Below the pieces are notes generated by a model that saw only the letters and a program-made list of their open reading frames with translations, was not told the origin of the DNA and searched no databases. Below, one piece after another: positions 1-13,539 of a stretch of DNA of 64,000 nt (the stretch's first letter is position 1; each line of letters begins with the position of its first letter). The translations under genes were made by a program, and so were the position numbers. The DNA is taken from assembly GCF_000497125.1 (NCBI RefSeq), contig NC_090596.1, forward strand, positions 558,001 to 622,000, written 5' to 3'. This stretch comes from Spironucleus salmonicida (lineage: Eukaryota).

Positions 1-3000
1 ATGTAATGTAAATGTAACTTCTGAATCTGGAAATCAAGCAAAATGTAATAAAACAGACTCGTGTATTTTTGGTAAATGTGGATAGTTCGGAATCTGCCTT
101 AACGAAACCTGTTTTTGCAAGCAAAATATATCTATTAATATAAAAGGTATCTGCCGAGAGATTACCCATCCAGAATTAGGTGAATGTAGGATAATTGATT
201 CTGGTTATGAATGCATATAATGTTTAAATAATAAGTAAGTTCCTCTTTGTATGAACTGTATAGATGAGTATAAAGAATATAATAATATTTGTTATCCCGC
301 ATGTAAAGATTGTAGAGACGATTGTATTAAAATTGCTTCTAACTAAAATCATTGTTTTAGTTGTTTATATAATTGTAAAGTTCCTGATTGTAAGGTATGT
401 ATCACTGACCATAAGGAGGTTGATAAAGTTTGTTATGAAATAACAAACATTGATAAAGGTGACTGTTGGTTGAAGTCAACATATATTATTTGTTCAAGTT
501 GCTTACATATCTATAATCTTCCAGAATGCATATCATGTAAATATAAGTTTATAGAATATAAGGAAATTTGCTATCCGAGTTGTCCTTCCATTAAATGTCA
601 CGGAATAGGATGTTTTATGCTAACTAGTGCCACATACAAATGTGCATTATGTGATGATGGATTTTAAATGCCAGAATGTCGAGACTGTAAACCAGATTTC
701 ACTTTAGTTGACTTTCTTTTCTATGAAATAGCGAATAAGGATAAAGGATTTTGTTGGATTAAAAATGGATTAATTTATTGTAAAGAGTTTTATAATAATT
801 ATACAATGCCATTTTGCTCAATATGTAAAAAAGATTTTGTTGAAAAAGGTTCAGAATGTTTACTACCTTGTAATTCTGATGTTTGTTTTGGGTAAAATTG
901 CTTAATACAATCAAATGGTGCCTATGTTTGTGATAGCTGTAACATTAGATTTCAAATGCCTGGATGCTCAGATTGTGCAAAGGATTACATTTTCATATAA
1001 AAATAATGTTTTTAATAAGTTAATAAAGAACGTGTATATGCTATCTTACTGACACGGAGGTAAAATGTATTTCATGCATAAATGGATTTCTCATCCCTAA
1101 TTGTAAAAGTTGTATATCTGGATATGAAGAGCTTAATTACCATTGTTTGAAAATTTGCATAGATTATAAAGGTACTGGTTGTCATATTATGGATGATGAC
1201 TCCAAAATTTGTGTTTCTTGTGATACTAATTATTAAATACCTAATTGTATTGATTGTGAATCCGATTTTGTATTTTTTGAAGAAACCTGTCACCACAAAA
1301 TACCAAATTCCAACGGAAATTGTTTTGATTAACATGGAATAAGTAAATGTCTGTCGTGCGATATTCATTTTGTACTTTCCTAGAATTAACAACAATGTAT
1401 TCCTGAATGCTCGAAAATTAATTGTATTTATGGTTAGTGTATAATTGATGAAGTATGTTAATGCTTTAAAAATATAATAGATTCTGATTGCAGTTCATGT
1501 ATTCCAGAATTTGACATAGTCGAAAATGTATGTTATAAGATATTTAGTACCCCGAATGGAACGTATTTTTATAAAGAGGATAATTCAACTTTTTGCACTA
1601 AATGCCAAGTTGGCTTCGAACTTGCTAGCAATAAATCAATGTGCTACAAAGAATGCACATAATCAAATTGTATTAATGGAAACTGGATTCTCGGCTAAGG
1701 CTGTATTTACTTTAATGGATATTAAACTTCTGATGGTTGTTAAGATTATGATTGTAGTTTCGATTTAATTAAACCATGTGATAATAAGGAATAATGTATA
1801 AATGGAACATGCTAATGTTTTTTCGATAATATTTTAATTTAAAATACGTGTTTTCGGTGTAATACTATAGTCAATGGAAAATGTAGTTAGACTGGAATTA
1901 TGTGTAAACATGGTTGGAAATACCTTAATTATGACTTTTTTTGAATGTAGAGATGACGTAAATGCATGCAAAACGACGTTATTTGATAATACATGCGAAG
2001 GCCCTTAGTGTAGTTGTGCTTATCCAAACCAGTTATATACTGGAGACTGTCTAGAGTATTGCGCTCTAACACAGTTGATTCTATATACACACGTGCCGCG
2101 TACTAATATAGTATATATAGCGTTCGAAACTGAGCTGGTAAATCTAGCATCAATTTTGAAGAAGTGTCCTAGTGGTATATCAGTAAAGGATAGCTGTATT
2201 TTGGGATGTTTAGCTTGTGAATATATAGATCGCCAATTTAAGTGCAATCCAGGCGTTTAGTTTACAAAAATTCATATCGCTGGATCTACTTTGAATACAT
2301 GTTCTGGCTGCAAACCAAATTATAGCGGAGATCGATGCCAAGATTGTGATACTCTCAGCATTAATAAGAATGGCGTGTGCTACTTAAAATGTCAAAAGTG
2401 TAATGGAGATTGATATTTTAATGATTATAATAATATTGAGTGCTCGTCTTGCTATCCTACATTTTCGGGTCCCGATTGTTAAATTTGTGACTTAGGATAT
2501 GTTATGGTCGGAACGGATTGTTTATAAAAGTGCGAAACGTGTAATGGGGACTGCTATTTCAAGAAAGGTGGAGTATTCTGTCAAAATTGTACAGAGGGGT
2601 ATGATTTAGCATCTATTTGTTAAGGTTGTATAACTGGATATCAAAAATATTAGGAACAGTGCTTAAGAGTTTGCGATACTTGCGACTACGGCACCTGCTT
2701 CTACTACCAGCACACCGTCGTGTGCTCGGCCTGCCACAACGGCGCCGAGCTGTCGCAGTGCAAGAACTGCCGGGAGGGGTTCGTGCTCCACGAAGGCCAC
2801 TGCCAGCCGCTGATCCCGGGGACCGAGTGCGTCAGGGTGGCCGGGGCGGTCGTCTGCCTGTCGTGCAACGAAGGCGAGTACCTCATCGCCGAGTAGTGCT
2901 ACCCGGCCTGCAAGCTGCCCTTCTGCCGCAACGGCGAGTGCTACGAGTCGCCAACGCCGATCTGCTCCTCGTGCTATCCGAACTTCCAGATGCAGCCCAA

Positions 3001-5590
3001 CGGCTCGTGTCTCGAGATAAGGCAGCACGAGGGCGGAGTCTGCACCGTCGAACAAAAACCATTATGTGACTGCTACGAAGGCTACGGAGGACCCATTTGC
3101 GAAGCTTGTTCTTAGAATGCAAATTTTCTAGATGACCGATGTTTTTAAGACTGTAAGGTATCCAGTATGACCTGCCACGGAATCTGTTAAATCTCCTTTG
3201 GTTATAGCTAAGTTGTGATCATTTGTAGTGAATGTCATATTGGATATCGACTTCCAGGTTGTCAGCTTTGTGTAGACGGTTTTAAGCTCAATGTCGATAA
3301 TGAGTGCAAGTTGTGCGAGGATGGGTGGCTAGATTAGTCAATGTTGCCAGTAGACGTTTCTGTTGTGCTTGGGGAAGGCTGTTATAAAAAATGTATAATT
3401 TGTGAATAAGGTGATTGCTGGTACTAAGGTCCGAGCATTAAATGTGTGTCATGTTCGCCTGGGTACTCTTTTACAAACAATTGTTAAACATGTGAATCTG
3501 GGTATACTCTAATAGGAGGAAGATGTTTGGTGTTGTAAGACACACCGGATGGAATTTGTGGTGAATATTCAGATTAGGTATGTTAATCTTGTTAATAGGA
3601 CATGGCTCTTCTGTAATGTCAAGTTTGTGAATCCGGACACGTATAATATGATGATTAGTGCTACGTTCCGTTAAGTTTTATGTCTGGAAATTGTATATCC
3701 TTATATGAAAGCGAATTTATTTGTTAAGATGAATCAATTTGTAAAGAAGGATATTTATTTTTCGATGAATAATTTTGTATTGAATGCAGCTCTGAATATA
3801 TATTAATGAATTTCACATGCTGGATATAATTGGCAAAATATGAAATGCTTTACTCTGGAGATTGCTTATAAAATGCTATTACAGGATAAAAATTATGTTT
3901 AAAATGTGCTGATTCATTCACAGGTGTATATTGCGATTAATGCAAAAATAATTTTATTTAATGTCAAAACTTTTTATGCTGTGAAATATCAAAAGAAATG
4001 TAAGAAACTGGTATCTGTCATAAAGAAATAGGTGGATCTTTTATTTGTAATACTTGTGCTACTGGTTTTCACATGGTAGATCAACTTTGTATTGGTAAGA
4101 CACCAAATCATCTTCATTATCTTTGGCTGCTTTTACTTTTACTATTAATTATAGCAGCAATACTTGCAGTATCTTTAGGATAACAACACAAGCTAAAGCT
4201 ATTCAGATACAAATTTAAAATTAACATCAACAGAATAGTACGTGAGTTTTTCAAGATATTTTGTGGAGTTTTCTTTTGTCAAATAATAGCTCTTTGTGTT
4301 GCGCTATAGGACGCGTACGTGGATGATATATATCTTTACTCTGCCTCTTTAAGTCTCGGCTCATTCCCATTTGCCTTCCTGCTGTTCTTCCTATAGGCTC
4401 CAAATTTAGACAAATTTTACTATCATAGTTATACAGATTTCTTCATGTTCCTGTTCGGGGCGGGGCTGGACTTCTTGTTCCAGATTACTGTATATTTATT
4501 ATTACCAGAAGCGATGTCCGTGTCCCAGACCATCTTCAAGTGCTTCTCAGCGCCATTTTCCATGCTGCTGTTTACGTTCATTCTGAAGATGAAGTACAAG
4601 TTTTCCCAGATGCTGCTGCTCTTTGTCGCAGTCGCGCTCCCCCTGTACTACGTCTTGCAGACGGCCTTCAAGGATGTTTTTACCAATCCGTACATGCTGA
4701 CCGAGGAGTCCGTGCTTACGCTCATTCTGGCGATCTTCGAGACCATGTTCGCCACGCTCTGCCAGGCGTCCCAGATCCTGTTCCTGCAGAAAATCCTAGG
4801 CTCCTACTCGGAGATCCAGGTTATGATGCGACTGGGCTTCGCTTTCTTTTTGCTGTATTTTTTCCACACACTGCTCAACTTCAAAGAAATAATTGAATCT
4901 GTGTCCACTCAGCAGGATAGCTTCATGATTGCGGTCACTTTGGTAGTGATCATGAACGTACTCATGCCCGTCACGCTCATGTTCATTTCGCCCCTAGCCG
5001 TCACATTTAACATGGTGACATCGGCAGTCTGGGTGGAAATTATAGACGCGCTTTCTATTGGCGTGAAGTAAGGTTAAAACTTCTACCCATAGTCTATTTA
5101 TCCTATGGTTTTTTGTATTGTTATGTTTATAGTTGTTTTCGTTTCTTTAGTTCTATATTACCGTATTATGAATCATTCTTTCGAAAAATTTAATCAGGAA
5201 ATAAACTAAAAATAAGAAAAAAAATCTTTTATGATGCCATTTATTAAGATGAAATTATTATAAAGGTAAGAGTATAATGATATGAACGGCATAAGAAGTA
5301 TAAATCCGAACTCATTGAAGACATTTATTAGAAAAAAGAATATTAAAAATACATTTTTGCCAACTAATATGGATGATTTTATTTGTATTGATAATGAAAC
5401 TGGCTAAGAAATTTAATTTATTTAACCTAAAATTTAAGATCCAGCGAGTATAAGTAGTGTAAGTCTATCAGACTACGTCAAACCAAAACTTCCAAAACCC
5501 AAACCAAATCCAACTAAATTGAATAACATGGTAAATTTATCAGGATTATCCGAACTATCAGATTCTCATCTTATAAATGCAGATTAATGA
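1..5590 (+). pseudogene. Cysteine-rich membrane protein fused to an SLC35F/DMT-like multipass domain; 5' part outside window; disrupted copy
   Basis: With code 6, CxxC/EGF-furin-like repeats run from 2 to ~4095, then a TM helix (YLWLLLLLLLIIAAILAV) and ~10 further hydrophobic helices (~4240-5165), with TGA at 5588-5590. Lesions relative to the paralog at 32427-40445: 1-nt deletion near 1033, 1-nt insertion in a T-run near 1940, TGC>TGA at 2411-2413. These could be assembly errors. Confidence 0.75.
1938..2757. repeat. ~820 bp near-identical tract shared (inverted) with 35263-36082
   Basis: Direct comparison shows about a dozen substitutions, while the flanking parts of the two paralogs are strongly diverged. 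Confidence 0.9.
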
Positions 5591-6741
5591 GTATCCTATA
5601 ATGTTGTTAAGTGAGAAATTAATATTACTTAGAGTTTAATTGATTAATTTACTTCATATAATTTTTAACATTATTAAAATATCAATATAATAGTATATTA
5701 TTAAATAACTATCACATTTTATCAAAAATGAGCTTTTTTAATACTCAACCAAATTGCCTATAGTATGCAATTAGTTATCCCATTTTCGTTCCATATACAT
5801 TTATTAGTTATTTCCTAATCAATCCTTAAAAATAATATTGTTTTAATTTTTTTAGAGTCTTATATGTATTTATGGTCATATATTACAAACTTATATATTA
5901 TCTGCACTAAACAAACAATCTAACTAGGAATAATATAGATTTAATGTTATGTAAATAATTTTAAACACTTACTAATTAAATTGTAATTTCAGTTAAGATT
6001 AGCATCAAGTAAGAAATCAGATGCTATGTCTATTGATATTATGGATAATAACGTACTTTTCAAATGTAAATAGTTTGAACAGGTATTTAATTATATTCTC
6101 TATATACAGGTACTGTTTAAAATGTTGTTTGCAACAAATTTTATTATACAAATTCTCCAATTTATTATATAGTTCACGATTCGTATTTTTACAATATCAT
6201 GGTTAGGGATCTCGAATCTTGTAGTTAGTACCTCAGTAGAAACAACCAATCTACAGTTTTATTCTCTCGACTTTCTATATATTCTATAGATTTAATTTCT
6301 TTATATTACCTATTTTCATCACATCACAGATAGTAAAAGCACCTAGAATAATAAAACCAACCCAAAAGAACATGGCAATCTTAATATTTGATTCCCATTA
6401 ATATTTACATCTATATATCATCTATTATGATTATCAAACTATTAATATTCAGTACAATTTGATCAATAATCATCTTCTATTCGGCAAACAAAATAATATA
6501 CTCCCTTTTATATGTAAGCAATAATTGGGTATAATAAAGTCCAACTTCGCAAAGTTTGCATCTCAGCTTTTATTAATTTTATACGACTTAATTATTGAAA
6601 ATACCAATATAAATCTACTAAAATTCGTCATAACCACTTCTTTAATCGAATTAATTAAATTCCTATACGTTTTTCGTTACAAAATAACAGTAATCTGAGC
6701 AAAATTTCCAACACTGCTCAACGATAAGATCACAGATATTT

Positions 6742-7701
6742 CTGCACTGCGAGAGCGCCCGGGAGCTTTTAGTGGGCCCGTGCGTGCTCTATGAGGAGTT
6801 CGTGCTGTCCTGGAGCCAGGTGCTGGGCCTGATCCGGCTCTGCCAGAAGCTGGGCGCCTTCTGCCTAGAGACCGTGGACGGCAGGTACACGTTCGCGCCA
6901 GAGGTCAACGTGCTCGAGCAGCTCAAGCTGGTGCTCTTTGGCCAGGCGCTGGCTGACTCGCGGCACTTAGACCAGCAGCTGAACAACATCGACCTCGACG
7001 TTCTGAAGCAGTTCACGCAGCACCCATTCCAGGCGTACGTGTTCTTCGTGCGGAAGATGCTCAAGACGGCGCTCCGGACGCAGCAGTTCGCTGAAATCGC
7101 GAGGCACGGCCTGGTCATGCAGCAGATGCACGAGTTCCGCTCGCAGAGGGCGGAGGAGCTGGCAACGGTATTCGCGCGGGACCCGGCGGAGCTTCAGCGG
7201 CACCTGGACGAGGGAACGGTGCTGCCGTTCCTGCTCCAGCTCGACAGGGTGAGCTGCGGGAAGTGCCTCGCGATGCTGGACCTCTTCGCCCTAGAGCCGA
7301 GGAGCGGCCACTTCCACGCGCAGTCCAAGCAGCTGAGCCGGCTTCTGGACGGGCCGCAGCTGGCACGGCTGGTGCACGTGCTCAACGAGCAGAGCTTCGC
7401 GAAGATCAGCCAGGTGTCGAAGGGGGTGATCCAGCTGATCCCGCCCAGCACCGCACTCGACTCGCTCCATGCCACGATCCAGAGCTCGCGCGCAGTGTCG
7501 ATCCAGAACTAGTTCCTTCGGTTCAACTACAACGTGCTGGCCAACTTCAGCGCATTCGAGGCGGAACAGGTCCAGGCCAGCTACGTGCAGCTGGTCAACT
7601 TCTGCATTAGTGTGCACCTGAAGAACTTCGAGCAGCTGGAGGCCCGGCCGTACGACTTCGGCGACCTGCTGGTCCAGTTCGAGTTTGCGGAGTTCGAGTG
7701 A
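6742..7701 (+). pseudogene. 5'-truncated copy (C-terminal half) of the GC-rich orphan gene 46376-48325
   Basis: Same frame and same GAG TGA stop (7699-7701) as the full copy; the N-terminal ~330 codons are absent. Confidence 0.8.
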
Positions 7702-7705
7702 GGAA

Positions 7706-8286
7706 TCATATAAACTCAACTCCCAGCCACTGCACGTCGACCATCTCCAGCCCGGCCTAGACGAGCGTGGTGTCGGCTGGTCTGGAAAGAGCGTGCTTTT
7801 GAAGACCATCGTAGAGGACCAGCCTACCGTCCTGAAGTGCGAGCGCGATGTAGTGGTACGACTGTCGCGGGGGCGAGTCGGCGCTAGCGGATGAATCCCT
7901 CAGTGCATTCTTCCTAATGCGAATCTTCTCGTGGGCGCCGGCGTGTTTTACATGGAGTTGCTCAATTTGCCCGACACTCTGGATAGACCTAGTTGCGAAT
8001 ATCTGCCCTAGCTGCTTGTTAGACTTGCCCTGGGAAAATAGAGAGTGAAGGATAGCAATGTCGGCGCATGCGTTCTCAATAGTCTACTGTATGGTATTTA
8101 CCTGAGTTTATTGGAAGTCTTACACTATTTTATCACGAAGATCCCAATTGAAGATTCCTATCAAGACGTTAGCATTCTGGGATTCGTCATATATATCAAC
8201 CACGCTCGTATCGAATCCTAGGTCTGAGAAATATGCCTAGAATACCTCTGGTGTATTTTCACAAGTCACCCACTATAATTTTATAT
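7706..8286 (-). pseudogene. 5'-truncated copy of ubiquitin C-terminal hydrolase (peptidase C12)
   Basis: Copy of 45791-46371; no in-frame ATG found just upstream of the junction. Confidence 0.75.
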
Positions 8287-8434
8287 AGAATTAATTATAT
8301 AATATAATGTTATTTAAACATAGCACAATAAAACTTAAAAAGAATTCTTTTAATATACGAATAAAAAACTATATATTCTCAAAAAATTTATTACTCTAGT
8401 TCATTACTTATAGTTAAAAGTTACACGTAGGAGA

Positions 8435-8692
8435 TCATTCCTATTCAAAAGTTGTTGCGAATATAGAATCTTCAGCAGTTATTTTAATAATATTATTTAC
8501 TTTGATATGTTTTGCCATGTTCTTTTACAATTCTTTTACTATAAACAAGATGCAATACATCAGAGCAATTAAGATAAATATAATTCCGATAATTAAACTA
8601 ATGAAATACTGATAAATGTAATAGTAAATGAAACTAAATATTGAAGCAGTGAAGGAGATAAAAAATCCAATAGAGATTGCGATTAAAAGCAT
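8435..8692 (-). CDS. Small two-TM hypothetical protein (85 aa)
   Basis: ATG..TGA ORF: MLLIAISIGFFISFTASIFSFIYYYIYQYFISLIIGIIFILIALMYCILFIV... Confidence 0.6.
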
Positions 8693-8874
8693 TATTAAAT
8701 TATTTTAACCTAAAATATATAATTTATATAATATAATAAATAGTGTAAAATTAATTAAAATATATTTATCGTAAACATTTCCTCCTCCGAATTCAATCAT
8801 TTAGATAAGTATTTAGAGTTTAGTTTTAATATAATTATTTAATTTTTAATATATTATAACTGGCTTTGAATAAA

Positions 8875-9732
8875 ATGCAGAAATCCCATATTTGCGATTC
8901 GTGTGAAGAGAACCAATCTACAACATATTGTATGTAGTGTAGTGGGTACCTTTGTAATCATTGCGACCTCCTTATCCATCAAAATAAGCTCACAAAAAAG
9001 CACTAAAGAGTGTAAAATTAGAAAGACTAATTTTTCACCCCAATCAAGTGTAGAAAACATAATAATCATGTTACTCTGCTTTGCGCAGAGTGCTAGGAAC
9101 TAATTTGCTCAGAGTGCTTTATGCAGAACCACAAATAACACGCTAATTAGACACTTCCAGAAGCCTTCGAAATTGTCCAATCTGAGCTCCTTCATGCTGA
9201 GTCAGCCTTATACAAGGCCACCCCAAATATTCAAAAAATGAATGAAATTTTGACCGAAAAACTTGATGACTTAGCATCATCTTTTGGTGAAATTCATACA
9301 AAAACAACCGCAAATTTTGACGAATTAATAGCACTTCTGATAAGCAAAAAACAGTAAATTCTATAAAATTTGGAGTCCTAAAATGTTAAATTTACGCAAA
9401 AATTAGCCTAAAAATAATAGTTTTTAATTTAATTTTAATAGCAAAATCAGCTTGCCCGGTAAACACTTATTTAGTGCAAAAATAGTGCTATTTTAACAGG
9501 AGAAACTGGTGAGGTTTTGGGGCAAAAACTCGCGTTTGCGATTGATTTTTTCATGAAAAATTTCGAAAAAATAAGCGCTTTTAAGGGCGAAAAAGAGGTT
9601 ATTGAGGAGGTTATTGAGGTTGAAAATGAGGTCAAGGCTATGCCTGAAATATGCCTCGATTTAGGAAATTTACAGAGGTTCATTGAGGGGATTGAAGGGC
9701 TTTATTTGGCGATTTAGGATGTTGGGGAGTGA
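8875..9732 (+). CDS. Tandem B-box zinc finger plus coiled-coil protein (285 aa)
   Basis: CDSC..YCMQC..LCNHCD..IH..KHQR (B-box1) and CRKH..LCAEC..ICSEC..HKQH (B-box2); ends GAG TGA. Confidence 0.85.
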
Positions 9733-9972
9733 AAAATTAATTTTAATTTCTCATTTTACCAAATTAGGACATTTGTAGCAAGTGCAAATCCATGTCTCTA
9801 GTGTTATTGAGAAGCTATTAAATATTAGACAACATTAAAGGGAATATATAAACGTAAAGCTTTATAAATATAATAATATTATATTGTAATCATTATAATA
9901 TAATTGAATATCATATTATATTATTATATCAAATATACTTAATAAAAAATCACCGCTTTAAACAATTTCAAA

Positions 9973-10284
9973 ATGTAAAATTAGTCTGATCTTAACTAAT
10001 GTAATTCAGAACTGGTAGATTTAATAGATCGTTTAAGAGAACATAAAGCTGTATTAGATCATGAGATTGTTCAACATTAAGAAGATAAAATTAAATTTGA
10101 GCGTGATATCTCAATTTTAAAAGAACGTCTGAAGGATGTTGACACAGCTTTATAACAAAAAGTTTAGTCTCGTGCCGAATATGAAAAAACAATCAGAGAT
10201 ACAGAAATGGCATACAATAGTATTGTAGAATCATCAAGAAAGTTACTTCATCTTGTTAAAGATAGAACTGGCATTTCCAAGTGA
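9973..10284 (+). CDS. SSNA1: SSNA1/DIP13/NA14 microtubule and basal-body coiled-coil protein (103 aa)
   Basis: LNQCNSELVDLIDRL...SRAEYEKTIRDTEMAYNSIVESSRKLL matches the SSNA1 pattern. Confidence 0.85.
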
Positions 10285-10337
10285 TAATTTTCATATTATT
10301 ATTTAATCTAAAGTATCATTTTCCTTTTTCTTTCTAA

Positions 10338-11060
10338 ATGAAAGAAACATTCAGGAATCTATAAATAAACTCTATAATGCCTGGAGACAGGTTAGAACTG
10401 CCTACTAATATTATTATAGGCGAAAATATTATATAATCTGGAGAATACTACTTTACATAGCAAACTGGGGTATTATTAAATGAATAAAAGCACTATACCA
10501 TATAACACCAAAATAACTACTTTTATATACCAGATACTCGCGATTTTATTATAGGTAGAGTTCACTCACTTAGATTAGGTGCATGGTCAATAGAGCTGGG
10601 TGCAGTTTAAAAAGGATCAATTAATATTGATTCTTTACATTTACCTGGTTTACTAAGAATAAAAAATTCAGCTGATGAATCTCACTAAAGAGCATGGTTA
10701 GCAGAAAATGAAGTTATTGCTGCTGAAGTTCGGAATATTCAAGGTATTTAATTAAATGCAAGATCAGAACAAATGGGAAAATTATCTCATGGATATCTAG
10801 TTTGTGGTGTATCATGGTAAGTAGCTAGCCTGAGAAATGTATATCAGTAAGACGGTGTCCGTGTACTTGTAGGGAGAAACGGATGGATTTGGGTTAGTGG
10901 TTAAACAGATTTTTCAGGTGAATCTAATAGCGTTATAGACTAAAGAATTTAAGATTATACTGATGAGGAAATGTTAATTGTAATTAGATGTATTCAAAGA
11001 GTTTACTATACTATACATTCAAATTTGTAGCTAACAGAAGACATAATATTTGAAGAGTGA
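10338..11060 (+). CDS. RRP4: Exosome complex cap subunit Rrp4 (S1/KH; 240 aa)
   Basis: YIPDTRDFIIGRV, LRIKNSADE, ARSEQMGKLSHG and VGRNGWIWV motifs. Confidence 0.8.
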
Positions 11061-11694
11061 ATGTATTTTTCTTAAGTGATTACAATAATTTACAAATGTT
11101 CGTTTTAAATATATAAAATATATTAGTTTTTTCTGTCATCACATATTTATATATTATAATAGTATTTGAGTTATTAATAATTGATATAGCATATGAACAA
11201 TAAACGTTAATATCAAATATAGTTTGGTGTATTATATAATATAAGATAACTTTATTAAACGCATATACCTTCTCATGAAATTTAAAAATGAATATTATTT
11301 AAAGCAAAAGTTTATATAATAAGTACTTATTATTAAAAACTGGAATAAAAATATATTTATAATGATTATTATATGTTATTAATAAATTTATGCTATTTAA
11401 TAAATGAACTTTTCATTAGTAAGATATTAATTACTTTTCACTGTAAGGATACTTTACTATTGATTAAAAATGTAAACCAATTTTAAAACCTTTTACGAAT
11501 TAAACTAAATACAGCTAAATTTCTCTTTAAATAATATAAGTAAGCGTATATTATAATTTAATTCGAAGAATTCATATATAATTTTCTAATAGCCCCAAAT
11601 ATATTATAGCTAATAAAATTATCTACTAAAGGCAGTTATATATCCGATTCATAATATTCAATATCTACAATATACTAACACAATCTCCTATTCA

Positions 11695-13179
11695 TCACTT
11701 CTCAATATTTTCATAAATATCACCAGCATAACTAAATTTGACTATCTCTGCTCGACAAATTGGGCAGTCTGATATCTGTGCCAAACATTCTTAACACAGT
11801 TAATGTGAGCATTAAAGAATTATTAATTAGCTAATTTAATTCAGGCATACTGGACATGGATTATCGATTGGCAGTGAGCTATTTAAAGAATGTTAAGCAC
11901 ATCTCGTGAGAAGTAATTCATTTTTGTAGAGATCTGGATAGATAAACATATTCTAGGGACGTAAAAACGGAATTATCTCAGCAAAATTGGTGATAATAGT
12001 TACATTTTACTTGTTTTTGAATATGTAAAATATGTAGCCTTTGATATCGATAAACTTGATCAACTAGGTGTATTTTTTCTGGATAAAAAGACAGAAAATA
12101 TTCTAAAATTTATCAATAGGTAACTGAAGGTTTTATGTGAATCGTTCTAAAAATCTAGCACTCAAACTGACTTAGTTTGTGATACCAGCTAGCACAAAAG
12201 GGTAAAGTGCCTACTCTTTAAACTAGTTAAATTTATCATCAAAATATAGTTATATCAGTTTTTAAAAGAACTCTAACTAGATGCAAGATAATTGGTATAT
12301 AATACTTTGAATTAAACTAAAATCTATGCGTGCAATGCTCTCAAAATCACCTTCTGCAATTAACAATTCTACAAATTTAACAAATTTCTATTACACGAGT
12401 TACCTCTCTGGAAATAATGTGAAAAGCTTGAAAACGAATGAAACATCGCAAATTTAACTGAAATATTCTACTCCTGCCTCCCCAACAAACTCCAAACATC
12501 CAAATTCGATATTCGCAACACAGGTTTCAATTATTATATTCTAATAATCATATAACAATGAAATATTATTTATTCTACAGCATTCGTAGAAAATTATACC
12601 AAAATTCGGGCAGATTTATGGCCTTAAATATGTCAAATGCGCACATAAAGTGTCAATTTCCACATGTTTTACTGCGACTATAGCTTTCTCAAATTCGTTT
12701 ACTAAGAACAAAGAATTTAATACAATTAATGTAGCTTCACTTGGAAGTGATTCTAGAAATGAAAACTAAGAGTTTGCGATTTTGTCAAAAATTTAACCCG
12801 AAACTAACATTCCATAAGATATAGTATTTAATATAAAATTATCAAGTTTTCCAGTAGTAAATTAAAGCAAAATAATGTTATTATATCTAATTATGATATG
12901 TGAAATTTCATCTAATTTTAAAAGAAGGATTTCTGTAAAGTTATCAGGGAATTTGAAATCTATAAGGATATTGTTATGGATTGCAAAATTATTGGCTAAC
13001 CATAGGTCAAATTATGGGAATTTTATAGCGAACGAGGAGGTTTAAGGAAGGACGAAAAAAGATGTGGATTGCGATAGTTCTAGCGTAGTTAAGTAAGATT
13101 CTGAGTTTGTTTCTGAAATATATATTGAATCTGATGACTGGAGATCTAAAACTTAATCTAGAAGTTTTTTAGCTTCCAT
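11695..13179 (-). CDS. C-terminal C3HC4 RING-finger protein (494 aa)
   Basis: CPVCLNQISQLIILQCSHQLCQECLAQISDCPICR near the C-terminus; ends AAG TGA. Confidence 0.8.
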
Positions 13180-13233
13180 TTTTAATTATAATATTATTTA
13201 ATATAATAATATCTTAGTCTAAACTGATATAAA

Positions 13234-13539
13234 ATGGAATAATAACTAGATGAGTTTATGTAAAAGACTGGAGCAGATATAGAATAAGCCATTCACTATT
13301 TAGAGCTTTGTTATGGTGATATATAATAAGCTGAAATGTTATATTACGCAGAGATAGATGAATAAATTAGGTAGAGTGTCATATCAGATAACATTCAGCT
13401 TAAAAAATCAGTATAAATTTAGGATGAATAAATTCATTAATTTATTACTCCTGATTATCCTGTTTTATTTTAACTAAAAGAGAAATAATATACTTAGATG
13501 AAAGAATGTTATTAAACATATGTAAACTATCCTGAGTGA
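13234..13539 (+). CDS. Small UBA-like domain protein (101 aa)
   Basis: EFMQKTGADIEQAIHYLELCYGDIQQAEMLYY resembles the UBA-like N-termini of UBX/DCN1 proteins. Confidence 0.7.

Larger units (their letters stand above)
6742..8286. repeat. 1545 bp inverted segmental duplication of 45791-47335
   Basis: Near-identical sequence of equal length; no terminal inverted repeats or target-site duplication seen. Confidence 0.95.

Noticed and set aside
2411-2413. In-frame TGA at a Cys position as selenocysteine
   Set aside because: The same copy has two frameshifts, the site is a structural repeat Cys, and no SECIS was identified; a nonsense change or error is simpler.
6789-7894. Many overlapping and antisense track ORFs in the GC-rich repeats (also 28142-29427 and 46183-47806)
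   Set aside because: Shadow ORFs caused by high GC3 in the real frame; they recur only because the DNA is duplicated.
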